DNA of 64,000 nucleotides from Parcubacteria group bacterium (GTDB lineage Bacteria; Patescibacteriota; Minisyncoccia; Phycocordibacterales; UBA2100): NCBI GenBank assembly GCA_943358385.1, contig CALRGX010000001.1, positions 66,380 to 130,379 of the forward strand, read 5' to 3'. Shown piece by piece: positions 1 to 9,778 of this stretch (position 1 is its first letter; each line of letters starts with the position of its first letter). The notes under the pieces were generated by a model. It saw only the letters and a program-made list of their open reading frames with translations, ran no database searches and was not told where the DNA came from. The position numbers and the translations under genes were made by a program.

Positions 1-4
1 AAAA

Positions 5-45
5 CAGGAGAGCCGCCCAGGAGGGCGGCTCTTTTGCTGTGTGCA
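5..45. terminator. GC-rich hairpin (agagccgccc agga gggcggctct) with T-runs on both sides; bidirectional intrinsic terminator
   Basis: perfect inverted repeat followed by TTTT on + and by TGTTTT on -. Confidence 0.5.
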
Positions 46-60
46 GAAGTGCTCACGAGC

Positions 61-504
61 TTACGGGGAAGGTTCGACCTCAACCACATGCACGCGAAAG
101 GTGTGCCCTTTCTTGTTGGTGATGTGGAAGGTGTCATATGCGAGGTCACCCAGCGCAAACGTAAACGGTGAAGCGTGTAGTGCCGCCTGAATCTGCCGCA
201 TGGTTGTGTATGCGCGCTCGCCAAGGTTGGGTTCATCATCCGGTTTTACGATGGATCGGATAAGTGTGCACGCTTCAAATAGGGAAAACACGTCGAGTCT
301 CCCGGGAGGGTTTACCGACAGATAGCCGTGCAGTCTTTTTAGCGCAGCCGCGCTGTCCTCTGGTGAGGCGCACATCTCTCGTGCGGCCTCATCTACCCAG
401 TAGCTCAGGCTGACCACGGTCAGTTTTTCTGCGCCACGTTTTTCGGATGCGCTGAGCATCAGGATAAGCATTTTTTCGAGAACTGCTTTAGCGGGATCGC
501 TCAT
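61..504 (-). CDS. hypothetical protein (147 aa from RBS-supported start MSDPAKAV)
   Basis: ORF 61..543; internal ATG at 504 preceded by AAGGAGAG; no recognisable motifs. Confidence 0.45.
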   Translation of the reverse strand: MSDPAKAVLEKMLILMLSASEKRGAEKLTVVSLSYWVDEAAREMCASPEDSAAALKRLHGYLSVNPPGRLDVFSLFEACTLIRSIVKPDDEPNLGERAYTTMRQIQAALHASPFTFALGDLAYDTFHITNKKGHTFRVHVVEVEPSP

Positions 505-665
505 TGGATTCTCTCCTTGGTGCCTGTCGTCTGTGTACCGCACCGATGCTGCTTATGGAATGGTGGCCTATTTTGCAATTCTGTGGCGGTCTGCTATTCT
601 TCCGGCACGTTAAGGGGTTTCTATTTACTATGTTTTTACCCGCTCAACGCTAATAACTATTCACT

Positions 666-2810
666 ATGTCCCGTGATTACCCGCTCGAGAAAGTTCGCAA
701 CTTCGGCATCATCGCGCACATTGATGCAGGCAAGACTACTACATCCGAGCGCATCCTCTATTACACGGGCGAGTCTCATAAGATTGGCGAAGTGCACGAC
801 GGGGCAACTGTTACTGACTGGATGGAGCAGGAGCGCGAGCGCGGCATCACGATTACCGCCGCGGCTATTACCTGTTTCTGGAACCCGAGCTACATGGGTG
901 CAGACACCACGCACAAACACCGCTTTAACATCATCGACACACCAGGACACATCGACTTCACCTCAGAAGTGCAGCGTTCTATGCGCGTGTTGGACGGTGC
1001 GGTGGTGGTATTCGACGGCGTGGCGGGAGTGGAGCCTCAGACTGAGACCAACTGGCGCTACGCCGAGGACGGTTTGGTGCCGCGCCTTTGTTTTGTAAAC
1101 AAACTTGACCGCACTGGGGCGTCATTCGAACGTTCCTTCGCGATGATTCGTGACCGTCTCTCAAAAAATGCCGTGCGCATGCAGATTCCGATGGGCGAAG
1201 AGGATGCGATGGCAGGAGTGATTGACCTCCTCACTATGGAAGGCATCACCCAGGAAGGTGAAAAGGGGGACCGTGTCATCCGCGGCCCTATCCCAGAACA
1301 GTTCATGGCAGATGCAAAGAAGTATCATGGCGAGCTGGTTGAGGCTATTGTTGAGCACGATGAGGCAGCAATGAGCGCATATCTTGAGGGTGTTGAGCCA
1401 TCAATACCCGCACTGAAGGCGATTCTCCGCAAAGCAACTATTGCGAACAAGGTATTTCCTACATTCTGTGGAACCGCGCTCAAAAATAAAGGAGTGCAGC
1501 TTGTGCTCGACGGCGTTGTGGACTATCTCCCTTCACCGCTTGATGTACCGGCAGCAAAAGGTCTACACCCCGACACCGGTGCGGAAGAGGTACGCCCTGC
1601 ATCAGATGAGGCACCATTTGCGGCGCTCGTATTCAAACTCCAGACCGACCCTTTCGTAGGTCAGCTCTCTTTCTTCCGTGTGTACTCTGGTACGTTTGAG
1701 GCAGGACAGACGATGTACAACGCTTCCAACGGTAAGAAGGAGCGTGTAGGCCGCATGGTGCGCCTTCAGGCAGACAAGCGCGAAGAAATAAAGAAAGTGC
1801 ACGCGGGCGAAATTGCAGCGTTTGTAGGCGTGCGTGACGCGAAAATCGGTCACTCCGTTTGTGACGAGAAAAACCCGATCATTCTTGAAGAAATTAAATT
1901 CCGCCAGCCAGTCTTGTCTGCGCGCATCGAACCAAAAACGAAAGCCGACCAAGAGAAAATGGGTGTTGCGCTCAACAAGCTTACAGACGAAGACCCTACG
2001 CTACGTATGTATACCGATGAGGAGACGGGAGAGACTATCCTGGCCGGAATGGGTGAGCTTCACCTCGAAATCATCGTTGACCGTATGAAGCGTGAATTCA
2101 ATGTGGAGGCAACGCTCGGCAAGCCCCAGGTAGCGTATCGCGAGACGATTCAGGGTGCGGCTGAAATGGAAAACAAGTACATCAAACAAACGGGAGGTAA
2201 AGGTCAGTACGGCCACGTGAAAATCCGTCTCAAGCCGCTTGAGCCGCTTGAAGAAGGTGCCAAGATTCCAAACAACGTAAAGCGTGATGCACACTTCGAG
2301 TTCATCAACAGTGTAAAAGGCGGCGCTATCCCTCAAGAGTTCATTCCTGCTGTAGAAAAAGGTGTACGCGAAGCGCTTGATCGCGGTATTCTTGCCGGCT
2401 ACCCAGTAGTAGACGTTTCTGTGGAGCTGTACGATGGCTCGTACCACGATGTGGACTCGTCAGAAATCGCGTTCAAACTCTGTGCATCAATGGCATTCCA
2501 GGATGCCGCCAAGATTGCGAAGCCGGTTATCCTTGAGCCGGTGATGAAAGTAGAAGTGGTGACTCCCGACAAATTCATGGGCGATGTCACCGGCAACCTC
2601 AACTCCAAGCGTGGACAGGTGCAGTCCATTGACGACCGCTCAGGTGGCCTCAAGGTCATCACCGCGCACGTGCCACTTTCAGAAATGTTCGGATACACTA
2701 CGGCACTGCGTTCAATGACGGAAGGTCGCGCAAATTCCACCATGGAATTCGCGCACTATGCAGTTGTTCCTCGCAACGTTGCAGACGAGGTCATTGCAGC
2801 GCGCAAGTAA
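666..2810 (+). CDS. fusA: translation elongation factor G
   Basis: 714 aa; G1 motif AHIDAGKTT, DTPGHIDF, full EF-G domain architecture. Confidence 0.96.
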   Translation: MSRDYPLEKVRNFGIIAHIDAGKTTTSERILYYTGESHKIGEVHDGATVTDWMEQERERGITITAAAITCFWNPSYMGADTTHKHRFNIIDTPGHIDFTSEVQRSMRVLDGAVVVFDGVAGVEPQTETNWRYAEDGLVPRLCFVNKLDRTGASFERSFAMIRDRLSKNAVRMQIPMGEEDAMAGVIDLLTMEGITQEGEKGDRVIRGPIPEQFMADAKKYHGELVEAIVEHDEAAMSAYLEGVEPSIPALKAILRKATIANKVFPTFCGTALKNKGVQLVLDGVVDYLPSPLDVPAAKGLHPDTGAEEVRPASDEAPFAALVFKLQTDPFVGQLSFFRVYSGTFEAGQTMYNASNGKKERVGRMVRLQADKREEIKKVHAGEIAAFVGVRDAKIGHSVCDEKNPIILEEIKFRQPVLSARIEPKTKADQEKMGVALNKLTDEDPTLRMYTDEETGETILAGMGELHLEIIVDRMKREFNVEATLGKPQVAYRETIQGAAEMENKYIKQTGGKGQYGHVKIRLKPLEPLEEGAKIPNNVKRDAHFEFINSVKGGAIPQEFIPAVEKGVREALDRGILAGYPVVDVSVELYDGSYHDVDSSEIAFKLCASMAFQDAAKIAKPVILEPVMKVEVVTPDKFMGDVTGNLNSKRGQVQSIDDRSGGLKVITAHVPLSEMFGYTTALRSMTEGRANSTMEFAHYAVVPRNVADEVIAARK

Positions 2811-2819
2811 GACCGACAG

Positions 2820-2852
2820 AATAAAAGCAAAAAGGCGCCACAGGCGCCTTTT
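2820..2852 (+). terminator. intrinsic terminator after fusA (aaaaggcgcc acag gcgcctttttgtg)
   Basis: GC stem + T tract immediately 3' of fusA stop. Confidence 0.7.
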
Positions 2853-2899
2853 TGTGTATACGGCATAAGGGTGGTTCGGTTTTGTGTCACACTGTACGT

Positions 2900-3295
2900 A
2901 TGGATGACAACCTCACGAAAGATATTCTAGAAATTGAACGCCAGATTCAGGCGATGACCTACAATGCAAAGCACCATGAAACAGAGGTGTTGCGTCTGCA
3001 CGAACAGGTAAAACGCGCAATAACTGCCGTACAAAAGGAAAGTAGGGATATTGCTCCCAAGGAGCGCGAACTGCATCAGCTCGAGCAACGTATTTCTCAG
3101 TTACAAGCCGAAATTGCGCGTAAAAAAGCACTGGTGGAGAAAGAGGAGCGCGACCTGCATGCGCTCGAGTCTCGCGAAATGAAGGCCCAGAAAGATACCG
3201 ATGTGCTCAAGAAAACAGCGACCAATCTCAAACAGCAAGTGGATGCAAAAAAACGCTCGGCATGGCGATTGAGTCAGCTCAAGAAAGGGGAATAG
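2900..3295 (+). CDS. coiled-coil protein, unknown function
   Basis: ORF 2852..3295; start moved to MDDNLTKD; heptad-rich E/K/Q/L sequence. Confidence 0.4.
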   Translation: MDDNLTKDILEIERQIQAMTYNAKHHETEVLRLHEQVKRAITAVQKESRDIAPKERELHQLEQRISQLQAEIARKKALVEKEERDLHALESREMKAQKDTDVLKKTATNLKQQVDAKKRSAWRLSQLKKGE

Positions 3296-3302
3296 GCAGG
3301 TC

Positions 3303-4325
3303 TTATCGAATGAATGTTTTTGAGAATGCGAGACATGTCGGTACGTCGTCAGGAAGTGTCTCACAAAGCGGAGTAATGTCGGCTTTTGTGTTGCTCGCCA
3401 CTATGGTTCGTGCTGCCCAGTGCACACAATTGCGATAGAAAGGGGTGCCCGTTGTCGCGACAGCGCAATAATGTGCGGCCGTGTTGTTTGGTATGTATCC
3501 GACGAGACCAATACTACGCCCCACACTTTCCATGCACGCATCTTGATACGAATCAGGGACGCTGTCCGTACAAAAACGTCCGAGTGTAGTGAAAACTCGA
3601 TCATTGTACATAAAGCCGAGCGCTGCATGCGCTTTTGGTGCCATCCAAAATATGCAACTCCTTTTAGCGGTTTCAGTATCAAGGGTCAGACAAAAAGGAA
3701 CCGTCGCAGCCTGCGCATGACCGCCATTAAAAGCGCCTTCCTGCATAAAGCGCATGTTGTATTCCATAAACGCGCCGCCATAGCAGCTTTGTTCAGTATC
3801 AAAATCCGGAGTGACCGTCTTCTCGCATTCAGCAAAACTTTCCCGTGCCGACTCTTCAGTGTACCCTCGGGAAAAAATGATACTGTGCCCGGCGGCGTGA
3901 AGGCAGTCGCCGCGGGCTTTTGGTGCTATGTCGCGACAGACACGTTCGGCATCGGTAGCAGTTTCGAGGCCTCTTTCAGGGCTTACTTGGGAGACAATTT
4001 GATGGAGGCAGCCGTATCCGAATAGTGCGCCGCACAAACGGAATGCTCCTTCTGCGCCTTCGCGCTCAAAAAGAACTTGACCCAAGGCATGAGCGGCCAG
4101 GTGCTGATCTGCTGCTGAATATCGCGACGCCTCACGGCGCACGTATGCGATGGTGCTGGTGCTCCCTTGCTCCTCGGCAATCACACGGAGAAGCGGCTCA
4201 CTCAAGGTGTCGCGTGCACGTGGCATCGCTGGTGATTCTATTGATGCTTTTGAGTATGTAATGATGCCGGCTGCTATGAAAAAGATCACTCCGATGAGCG
4301 GTGCTATGGCAGAGAGCGTTTTCAT
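3303..4325 (-). CDS. membrane-anchored Cys-rich protein, translationally coupled (ATGA overlap) to upstream YcaO gene
   Basis: 340 aa, N-terminal TM helix LSAIAPLIGVIFFIAAGIITY, about 17 Cys; start overlaps YcaO stop. Confidence 0.5.
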   Translation of the reverse strand: MKTLSAIAPLIGVIFFIAAGIITYSKASIESPAMPRARDTLSEPLLRVIAEEQGSTSTIAYVRREASRYSAADQHLAAHALGQVLFEREGAEGAFRLCGALFGYGCLHQIVSQVSPERGLETATDAERVCRDIAPKARGDCLHAAGHSIIFSRGYTEESARESFAECEKTVTPDFDTEQSCYGGAFMEYNMRFMQEGAFNGGHAQAATVPFCLTLDTETAKRSCIFWMAPKAHAALGFMYNDRVFTTLGRFCTDSVPDSYQDACMESVGRSIGLVGYIPNNTAAHYCAVATTGTPFYRNCVHWAARTIVASNTKADITPLCETLPDDVPTCLAFSKTFIR

Positions 4326-5632
4326 ACGAAGGGGTGCTGGACATTGTTCATCTGCTGCATAGTGTAGCCGTGTGATTTTAAAACATCGGGAACTCTCGAG
4401 GTGTAGCTACTTTTTTGCCGCTCATCTTGGTGCAATGGTTGCAGTTGGGGGATAATTACTTGATAGATATGCCACCCAGGAACATTTGCTTCTCCCGAAG
4501 ATAAATCTGCCGCGAGTAGATCGAACGATGATGCACGCGCCCAGTCGATGATGCGCGCGAAATGTGGCCGGGTAGCTTCATGATGCCACGGTGCTTGGCG
4601 TAGAGGAGAAGGAGAAGTTGCGGTCAGAAATGCCGCGTGGGTTGCGTGTTCTGGTTTTGCCCAGAACGCTAGTCGGCTATTTTGCTGGGGAATATCTTTT
4701 TTTGATTGTGCTCGAGAGTTTTGTCGAGCACGGAGCGCCTCCAGGAGTCCTTTCAGCGATGCGCGTCCCGCATGAGGCCCTGCAGCCGCTCCAACGGCAA
4801 CAGGAGGCATATTAGAAGGGTCAGAAACCACTACCATGATGGTGTAGGTAGGGGCATCGGTGAACAGTTGTACAAAAGTAACCATGAGTCGATACCGTAC
4901 ACACGATTCCAGGAGTGTGCCTAGATCTGGACACTCAGCAGTAAGTGAATCATGGGTAAGCGTGACAGGACTAATACCACTCAACCAGGTCATCATAAAT
5001 GCGTCGCGCTCAATAACTTCCAGTGCGCCCGAGAGGAGTGCTACGGGGCGAGTCGGCGCCGTTGCAAGACCGGTCGTGATGGGCTGACGAAGCATAATCT
5101 CGCCACTTTCTTTCGCATACGCAGCACTCAGTAGTTGGCTCGGCACCGAAACATACCGTCGAGCTGTGTAAGAATATGCCCTACTCCAACGCAGGGGGAT
5201 ATCATCTATCGTCGCATAGTGTGCGGTGTGTGTTTTGTCAGATAGTACATAGGCGGATGCTCGAGGTGCGTTGGCCGGCATATTTTTTGAAGGCGTTGGT
5301 GATCCGCAACGGAGATGTCCTTTTTCAGTAAGCCAAATTTTCCGCTCTACCGCTTCCGCTAGTGCAGTGCGCATGGCGTGTGCTCTCGAAAGTGATATGC
5401 CACCCGCGCTCCCGCTGTCAGTGTTTATTCCAACGCTGTACTGGAAAAAGCGCGGCTCATCGGGAGGGTGCGTTTTCCAGCGAGCACTTGAAATGGTGCG
5501 GGTGTCGAGCAGGTGTTTACAGAGGAGTTGCTCCGTCGCCATTCGCTCTTCCTCATTCGCCTTGATGGTGAAACCGAACTGCTCCTTAAAAAGCTTTGCT
5601 TCCAACTGAGCGCGCTCGAGGGCGGTAAGCAT
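4322..5632 (-). CDS. YcaO-domain protein (azoline-forming cyclodehydratase family)
   Basis: 436 aa; N-terminal SGSAGGISLSRAHAMRTALAEAVER and central TTGLATAPTRPVALLSGALEVIERDAFMMTWL match YcaO ATP-binding signature (S.G.G…A…EA.ER ; G.A.G…LLE.IERD). Confidence 0.8.
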   Translation of the reverse strand: MLTALERAQLEAKLFKEQFGFTIKANEEERMATEQLLCKHLLDTRTISSARWKTHPPDEPRFFQYSVGINTDSGSAGGISLSRAHAMRTALAEAVERKIWLTEKGHLRCGSPTPSKNMPANAPRASAYVLSDKTHTAHYATIDDIPLRWSRAYSYTARRYVSVPSQLLSAAYAKESGEIMLRQPITTGLATAPTRPVALLSGALEVIERDAFMMTWLSGISPVTLTHDSLTAECPDLGTLLESCVRYRLMVTFVQLFTDAPTYTIMVVVSDPSNMPPVAVGAAAGPHAGRASLKGLLEALRARQNSRAQSKKDIPQQNSRLAFWAKPEHATHAAFLTATSPSPLRQAPWHHEATRPHFARIIDWARASSFDLLAADLSSGEANVPGWHIYQVIIPQLQPLHQDERQKSSYTSRVPDVLKSHGYTMQQMNNVQHPFV

Positions 5633-5716
5633 GTCTGCACTCTACCACGCACTATTTTTTACTGGTTATGCACAGGTGCAATCAGTAGGTTGATGCAGTT
5701 CTTGTACAATCAATGC

Positions 5717-5974
5717 ATGCAAACTGTTCGTCGTATCTCGCGCTATGTTTTTGCTGGAGCAGGTCTTTGCGTGCTCGCGCTCTCCATCGTTATTCCATCA
5801 ATCCGCATTAAGGGGACTACCATCTCTCTTGAGGGGAAAGATGTGGCGCATGCAGATGTGCCCTCATGCAGTTCGTGTAGTACGTGCAGCTCATGTGCGT
5901 CATGCACTTCAGACGGTGGTTGTGCTGATAGTGGCTGCGCTGACTCTGGCTGCGGCGCATCACCTGGGGAATAA
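5717..5974 (+). CDS. candidate RiPP precursor peptide (86 aa) with Cys/Ser/Thr-rich C-terminal core
   Basis: ATG at 5717 in frame of ORF 5513..5974; C-terminus PSCSSCSTCSSCASCTSDGGCADSGCADSGCGASPGE (9 Cys, CxxC spacing, tandem GCADS); divergent from YcaO gene 85 nt away. Confidence 0.55.
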   Translation: MQTVRRISRYVFAGAGLCVLALSIVIPSIRIKGTTISLEGKDVAHADVPSCSSCSTCSSCASCTSDGGCADSGCADSGCGASPGE

Positions 5975-6000
5975 ATCGATACCCATTCATTACATTACGT

Positions 6001-7143
6001 ATGTCACTCGTTATCGAACAACCAGACACTCAGCCAGAGCAGCCGCAGAAGCCGGTTACTATTGAAGGGTTGCAAAAAAACCTATACATCACGCTCGCCG
6101 TCTTGGTAATTGTGGCGCTCGCAAGTGTAGTGTACTTCTACGACTCGCTTATGGTTACAGAAGAGCAGCGGCTTACCCCAGAGCAGGTCTTCAAACAGCT
6201 GCTCGTTTCTGGCGATTTTGACGCTGCGCTCGCACTTCTTCCACCTGGGGGTGGCACTGGAGCGCCAGTAGAGCAATTTGCTCGATTTATGACAGCGCTT
6301 CCCGCCGAGCAATTGAAGGCGGCTCAGCAAGCCGAAGAGGCATATCGAAACGCAGAAGGAAATCCAGCGGCACAAGCTTCGCACCTGAATACAGTAATAG
6401 AGCAACTGCTCGTGAGTCGTGATAAGAATTTGTACGACTACTTCTTCCGAGAGGAAAGTCCTTTCTTTGCAATGAAAAAAGACACTATTGACGCATCAGC
6501 GGTTGCACTCGCAGAGTACGGTATGACACTACGACCTACCTCCATTTCCCAAGTGGTACTTTCATTACCACACATAACGGCGATCAATCTCGCAAAAAAC
6601 ATAGATGCAAAAGGTGTAAAAGAGCACATCTCAGCTGGTATTGAGAAAGTGGAGGCAGCGGCTATCCTAAACGCAGCCGAAGTGGGGCAGATGGCAACCG
6701 GAGACTCGCACCGAGCACACATGCGCATGCTCACTTGGAAGAGTTCCATATACGGGGCCGCCGCCCTAAAAGATTCGGCATACCTCCCTAATTTGAAGGA
6801 AAATGCTGAAGGCGCGATGACCTTATACGAACGTTTGGTTGCAGAAAATGGTCGCGAGAACTACTTACAGGCACGCATACCACCGATTCTGATTACCTAT
6901 GCAGGAGTATTGGCACGATTGGGTGCTGGCCACGATGCGGAAATTGCGTTCGCTTTGGAAAAAATAGTACAGTTTGTTCAAGGAAATCCACAAATGCACG
7001 AAGCAGTCTTTGTAGCTACGGTAAAGCGTTTGGCAGCACAAGATAAAAAAACGCGTGGCTATCAGTACGCTACATACAAGCTGCTCGCAGCCAAAAACGA
7101 ACCATTTAAAGCGCTTCTTGCGGCGAACGGTCTTACTTTCTAG
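6001..7143 (+). CDS. membrane-anchored hypothetical protein (380 aa) inside RiPP-like locus
   Basis: single TM helix ITLAVLVIVALASVVYFY near N-terminus, Ala-rich; no recognisable catalytic motif. Confidence 0.5.
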   Translation: MSLVIEQPDTQPEQPQKPVTIEGLQKNLYITLAVLVIVALASVVYFYDSLMVTEEQRLTPEQVFKQLLVSGDFDAALALLPPGGGTGAPVEQFARFMTALPAEQLKAAQQAEEAYRNAEGNPAAQASHLNTVIEQLLVSRDKNLYDYFFREESPFFAMKKDTIDASAVALAEYGMTLRPTSISQVVLSLPHITAINLAKNIDAKGVKEHISAGIEKVEAAAILNAAEVGQMATGDSHRAHMRMLTWKSSIYGAAALKDSAYLPNLKENAEGAMTLYERLVAENGRENYLQARIPPILITYAGVLARLGAGHDAEIAFALEKIVQFVQGNPQMHEAVFVATVKRLAAQDKKTRGYQYATYKLLAAKNEPFKALLAANGLTF

Positions 7144-7874
7144 AGAGTATTTGGTGCCAAGATGATGAAGTAGAGAGGATCCTCTTCAGGGGACCATATA
7201 TCCAAAAGAGTGCTCACCGCACGATCGTTAAAACCACCTATAACGCGTGACGACACATCGAGTGCTGTGGCACAGAGAAGTACATTTTGTGCCAAATGCC
7301 CTGCTTCTAGGAGGGAAAGATAGTACGCGAAACCGCCGTACTTCTGCGACGACTGACCCCATCGGGCGGTGAGGATGAGAGCATGCGTTCTGCTCACAGT
7401 ATGCTCGGACGAGGTCAATGTATCGAGCGCCGCTGGAGTGGTCTCCCACAGCTCCTCCAAAACATGATTGTTTTGAGAAAAATGATACGCCTTAGGGCAC
7501 TTTCCCCCCTCAAGGGTCCCTACAAAATATATTTCAATGGGATTAAGTCCACCTCCCGAAGGGTAGCCACGCTTGCCATGGGTGCGAGCGGCTACGGCAT
7601 TTCCCAAAAGGGTACTGATGCTGTTAAGGGGAAAACTGCCGGAGGGACGCGGTGTGTCCCTCTCCGAAAGTGACTGGCGCGCAAAAATGACGTCGCTGAG
7701 CTCTGCGGCAAGTGTTTCTATGGCGGGGAGCTTAATCTGCGGCATCCGCGGATAGCTTTTTTCGGTTGTTTGAAATGTGTGGGGTGTTCCACTGCGTGAG
7801 GCAGTGGTCCGTAGCTCCCGGACAAGGCGATGGAGTTCCGCAGGATCATTAATGTTCATGTGAACATGATACAC
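7140..7874 (-). CDS. SagB-type dehydrogenase / nitroreductase-family FMN oxidoreductase
   Basis: 244 aa; RGYPSGGGLNPIEIYFV (PSAGGLYP-like) and LEAGHLAQNVLLCATALDVSSRVIGGF (nitroreductase C-terminal motif). Confidence 0.7.
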   Translation of the reverse strand: MYHVHMNINDPAELHRLVRELRTTASRSGTPHTFQTTEKSYPRMPQIKLPAIETLAAELSDVIFARQSLSERDTPRPSGSFPLNSISTLLGNAVAARTHGKRGYPSGGGLNPIEIYFVGTLEGGKCPKAYHFSQNNHVLEELWETTPAALDTLTSSEHTVSRTHALILTARWGQSSQKYGGFAYYLSLLEAGHLAQNVLLCATALDVSSRVIGGFNDRAVSTLLDIWSPEEDPLYFIILAPNTL

Positions 7875-7911
7875 CGCACAATCTAATAAGGGATCCCTGC
7901 AGGGCGTTTCC

Positions 7912-7940
7912 TTGACGTCTCCTCTTCATTTGTTTACGAT
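7912..7940 (+). promoter_or_regulatory. candidate sigma70-like promoter TTGACG-17nt-TACGAT upstream of tuf
   Basis: hexamers with 17-nt spacer about 145 nt upstream of tuf start. Confidence 0.3.
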
Positions 7941-8081
7941 ACGGGGACGGCGCAGGCGCTTTTTATTTTTGGCGTGTGCACGTAAGTCGAAATTAGTTAT
8001 AAACGTTAATTAGCGCAGGCACGTTTTCGGGTGAGATAGAGTGTTCTCGCGCTCTCTCCTCCGCAAGCGTACGCGCCACAC

Positions 8082-9290
8082 ATGGATATGGCAGAAGTAT
8101 TTGACCGTTCCAAGCCGCACGTGAACGTTGGTACCATCGGACACGTGGACCACGGCAAAACCACCACGACTGCTGCAATCTTGAAAGTCCTCGATTTGGC
8201 GAAGGATCAGGGTTACGGAGCTCGCGTGGAGGGGGTTGATGGTATTGACAATGCTCCTGAAGAAAAGGCGCGCGGTATTACGATTTCTATTCACCACTCT
8301 GAGTACTGGACGCCTAGCAGGCACTATGCTCACGTGGATGCTCCAGGTCACGCAGACTACATTAAGAACATGATTACTGGTGCTGCTCAGATGGACGGTG
8401 CTATCCTCGTGGTAGCAGCTCCAGACGGTGCAATGCCTCAGACTCGTGAACACATCCTCTTGGCTCGCCAGGTGGGCGTGCCAAAGATCATCGTGTATCT
8501 GAACAAGTGCGACATGGTTGACGATAACGACCTCATTGATCTCGTTGAGGAAGAAATTCGTGAGCTCTTGACGAAGCAGCAATATGACGGTGCTAACGTA
8601 CCAGTTATCCGCGGTTCATCACTCAAGGCTCTTGAAGCGACCTCGATTACTGATCCATGGGCAGCAAAGATTCTCGAGCTCATCAAGGCGGTAGATGAAT
8701 TCATCCCGACACCAGTTCGTGAGATGGACAAACCATTCTTGATGCCTATCGAAGACATCTTCTCTATCGAAGGACGCGGTACTGTAGTAACTGGCCGTAT
8801 CGAGCGTGGAACCATTAAAGTTGGTGCAGAGGTTGAAATCGTTGGTGTAAAGCCAACGGCTAAGACAACCATCACTGGCATCGAAATGTTCAACAAACAG
8901 CTTGATTCTGGACAGGCAGGCGACAACGCAGGAATCCTTCTGCGCAGCGCTAAGAAAGACGATGTGCATCGCGGGCAAGTGCTCTGTGCTCCAGGGTCAG
9001 TTACCCCGCATACTGAATTTGAGGCAGAAGTGTACATTCTCTCAAAAGAAGAGGGTGGACGACATACGCCATTCTTCTCAGGATACAAGCCACAGTTTTA
9101 CGTACGCACAACGGACGTAACTGGGGAGGTGACCCTCAAAGAAGGAGTAGAGATGGTTATGCCAGGCGACACGGTCACGTTTAAAGTGAAGCTCGTGGGC
9201 CCAATCGCTCTCGAAGATCAGCAGCGCTTTGCCATCCGCGAAGGAGGCAAGACGGTGGGTGCTGGTGTGGTGACTAAGATTGTTGCGTAG
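8082..9290 (+). CDS. tuf: translation elongation factor Tu
   Basis: 402 aa; [21 protein letters not shown] motifs. Confidence 0.96.
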   Translation: MDMAEVFDRSKPHVNVGTIGHVDHGKTTTTAAILKVLDLAKDQGYGARVEGVDGIDNAPEEKARGITISIHHSEYWTPSRHYAHVDAPGHADYIKNMITGAAQMDGAILVVAAPDGAMPQTREHILLARQVGVPKIIVYLNKCDMVDDNDLIDLVEEEIRELLTKQQYDGANVPVIRGSSLKALEATSITDPWAAKILELIKAVDEFIPTPVREMDKPFLMPIEDIFSIEGRGTVVTGRIERGTIKVGAEVEIVGVKPTAKTTITGIEMFNKQLDSGQAGDNAGILLRSAKKDDVHRGQVLCAPGSVTPHTEFEAEVYILSKEEGGRHTPFFSGYKPQFYVRTTDVTGEVTLKEGVEMVMPGDTVTFKVKLVGPIALEDQQRFAIREGGKTVGAGVVTKIVA

Positions 9291-9344
9291 GTTCTGGTGG
9301 TTTGACTATCGGAAAAATTTCGTGTAGTGTGCGCTCGCTGAACT

Positions 9345-9686
9345 ATGACAACCAAAACGAAGGCAAAAAAGAAATCAGAAGGCGGAAAACTCCGTATCAA
9401 GGTGCGTGCCTATGAGCACCGCGTCTTGGATGGAGCAGTCAAACAGATTATCGACACCGCTGCTCGCCTTAATGCCTCTGTGGTTGGACCTATCCCTCTG
9501 CCGACAGACATCAAGAAGTACACGGTGAACCGTGCGGCATTCATCGACAAGGATTCGCGAGAACAGTTCGAAATGCGCGTACACAAGCGAGTGATCGATA
9601 TTCTGAACCCGAACCCAAAGATAATCGAAGCTCTGACGAATATCGACTTGCCCTCCGGCGTTTCGATTGATGTCCAGATGTCTTAA
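9345..9686 (+). CDS. rpsJ: 30S ribosomal protein S10
   Basis: 113 aa; RIKVRAYEHRVLD…, position after tuf. Confidence 0.9.
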   Translation: MTTKTKAKKKSEGGKLRIKVRAYEHRVLDGAVKQIIDTAARLNASVVGPIPLPTDIKKYTVNRAAFIDKDSREQFEMRVHKRVIDILNPNPKIIEALTNIDLPSGVSIDVQMS

Positions 9687-9778
9687 GGAGATCTAAACAA
9701 AAACACCCTGCTCAGCGGGGTGTTTTTGTTATGGGTGTCTGATTCATTCCCTTTTTCTGTTGCGGCGCTACACTGGTA

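Noticed and set aside
5513-5716. Longer 153-aa version of the Cys-rich peptide ORF starting at 5513
   Set aside because: It would overlap the 5' coding end of the YcaO gene on the opposite strand by about 120 nt; the internal ATG at 5717 gives a compact peptide with an intergenic promoter region.
8010-9088. Long minus-strand ORFs (190 aa, 216 aa) overlapping tuf, and similar antisense ORFs over fusA, rplB, secY, ftsH and others
   Set aside because: Shadow ORFs on the opposite strand of strongly supported conserved genes, with no RBS and compositionally biased translations.
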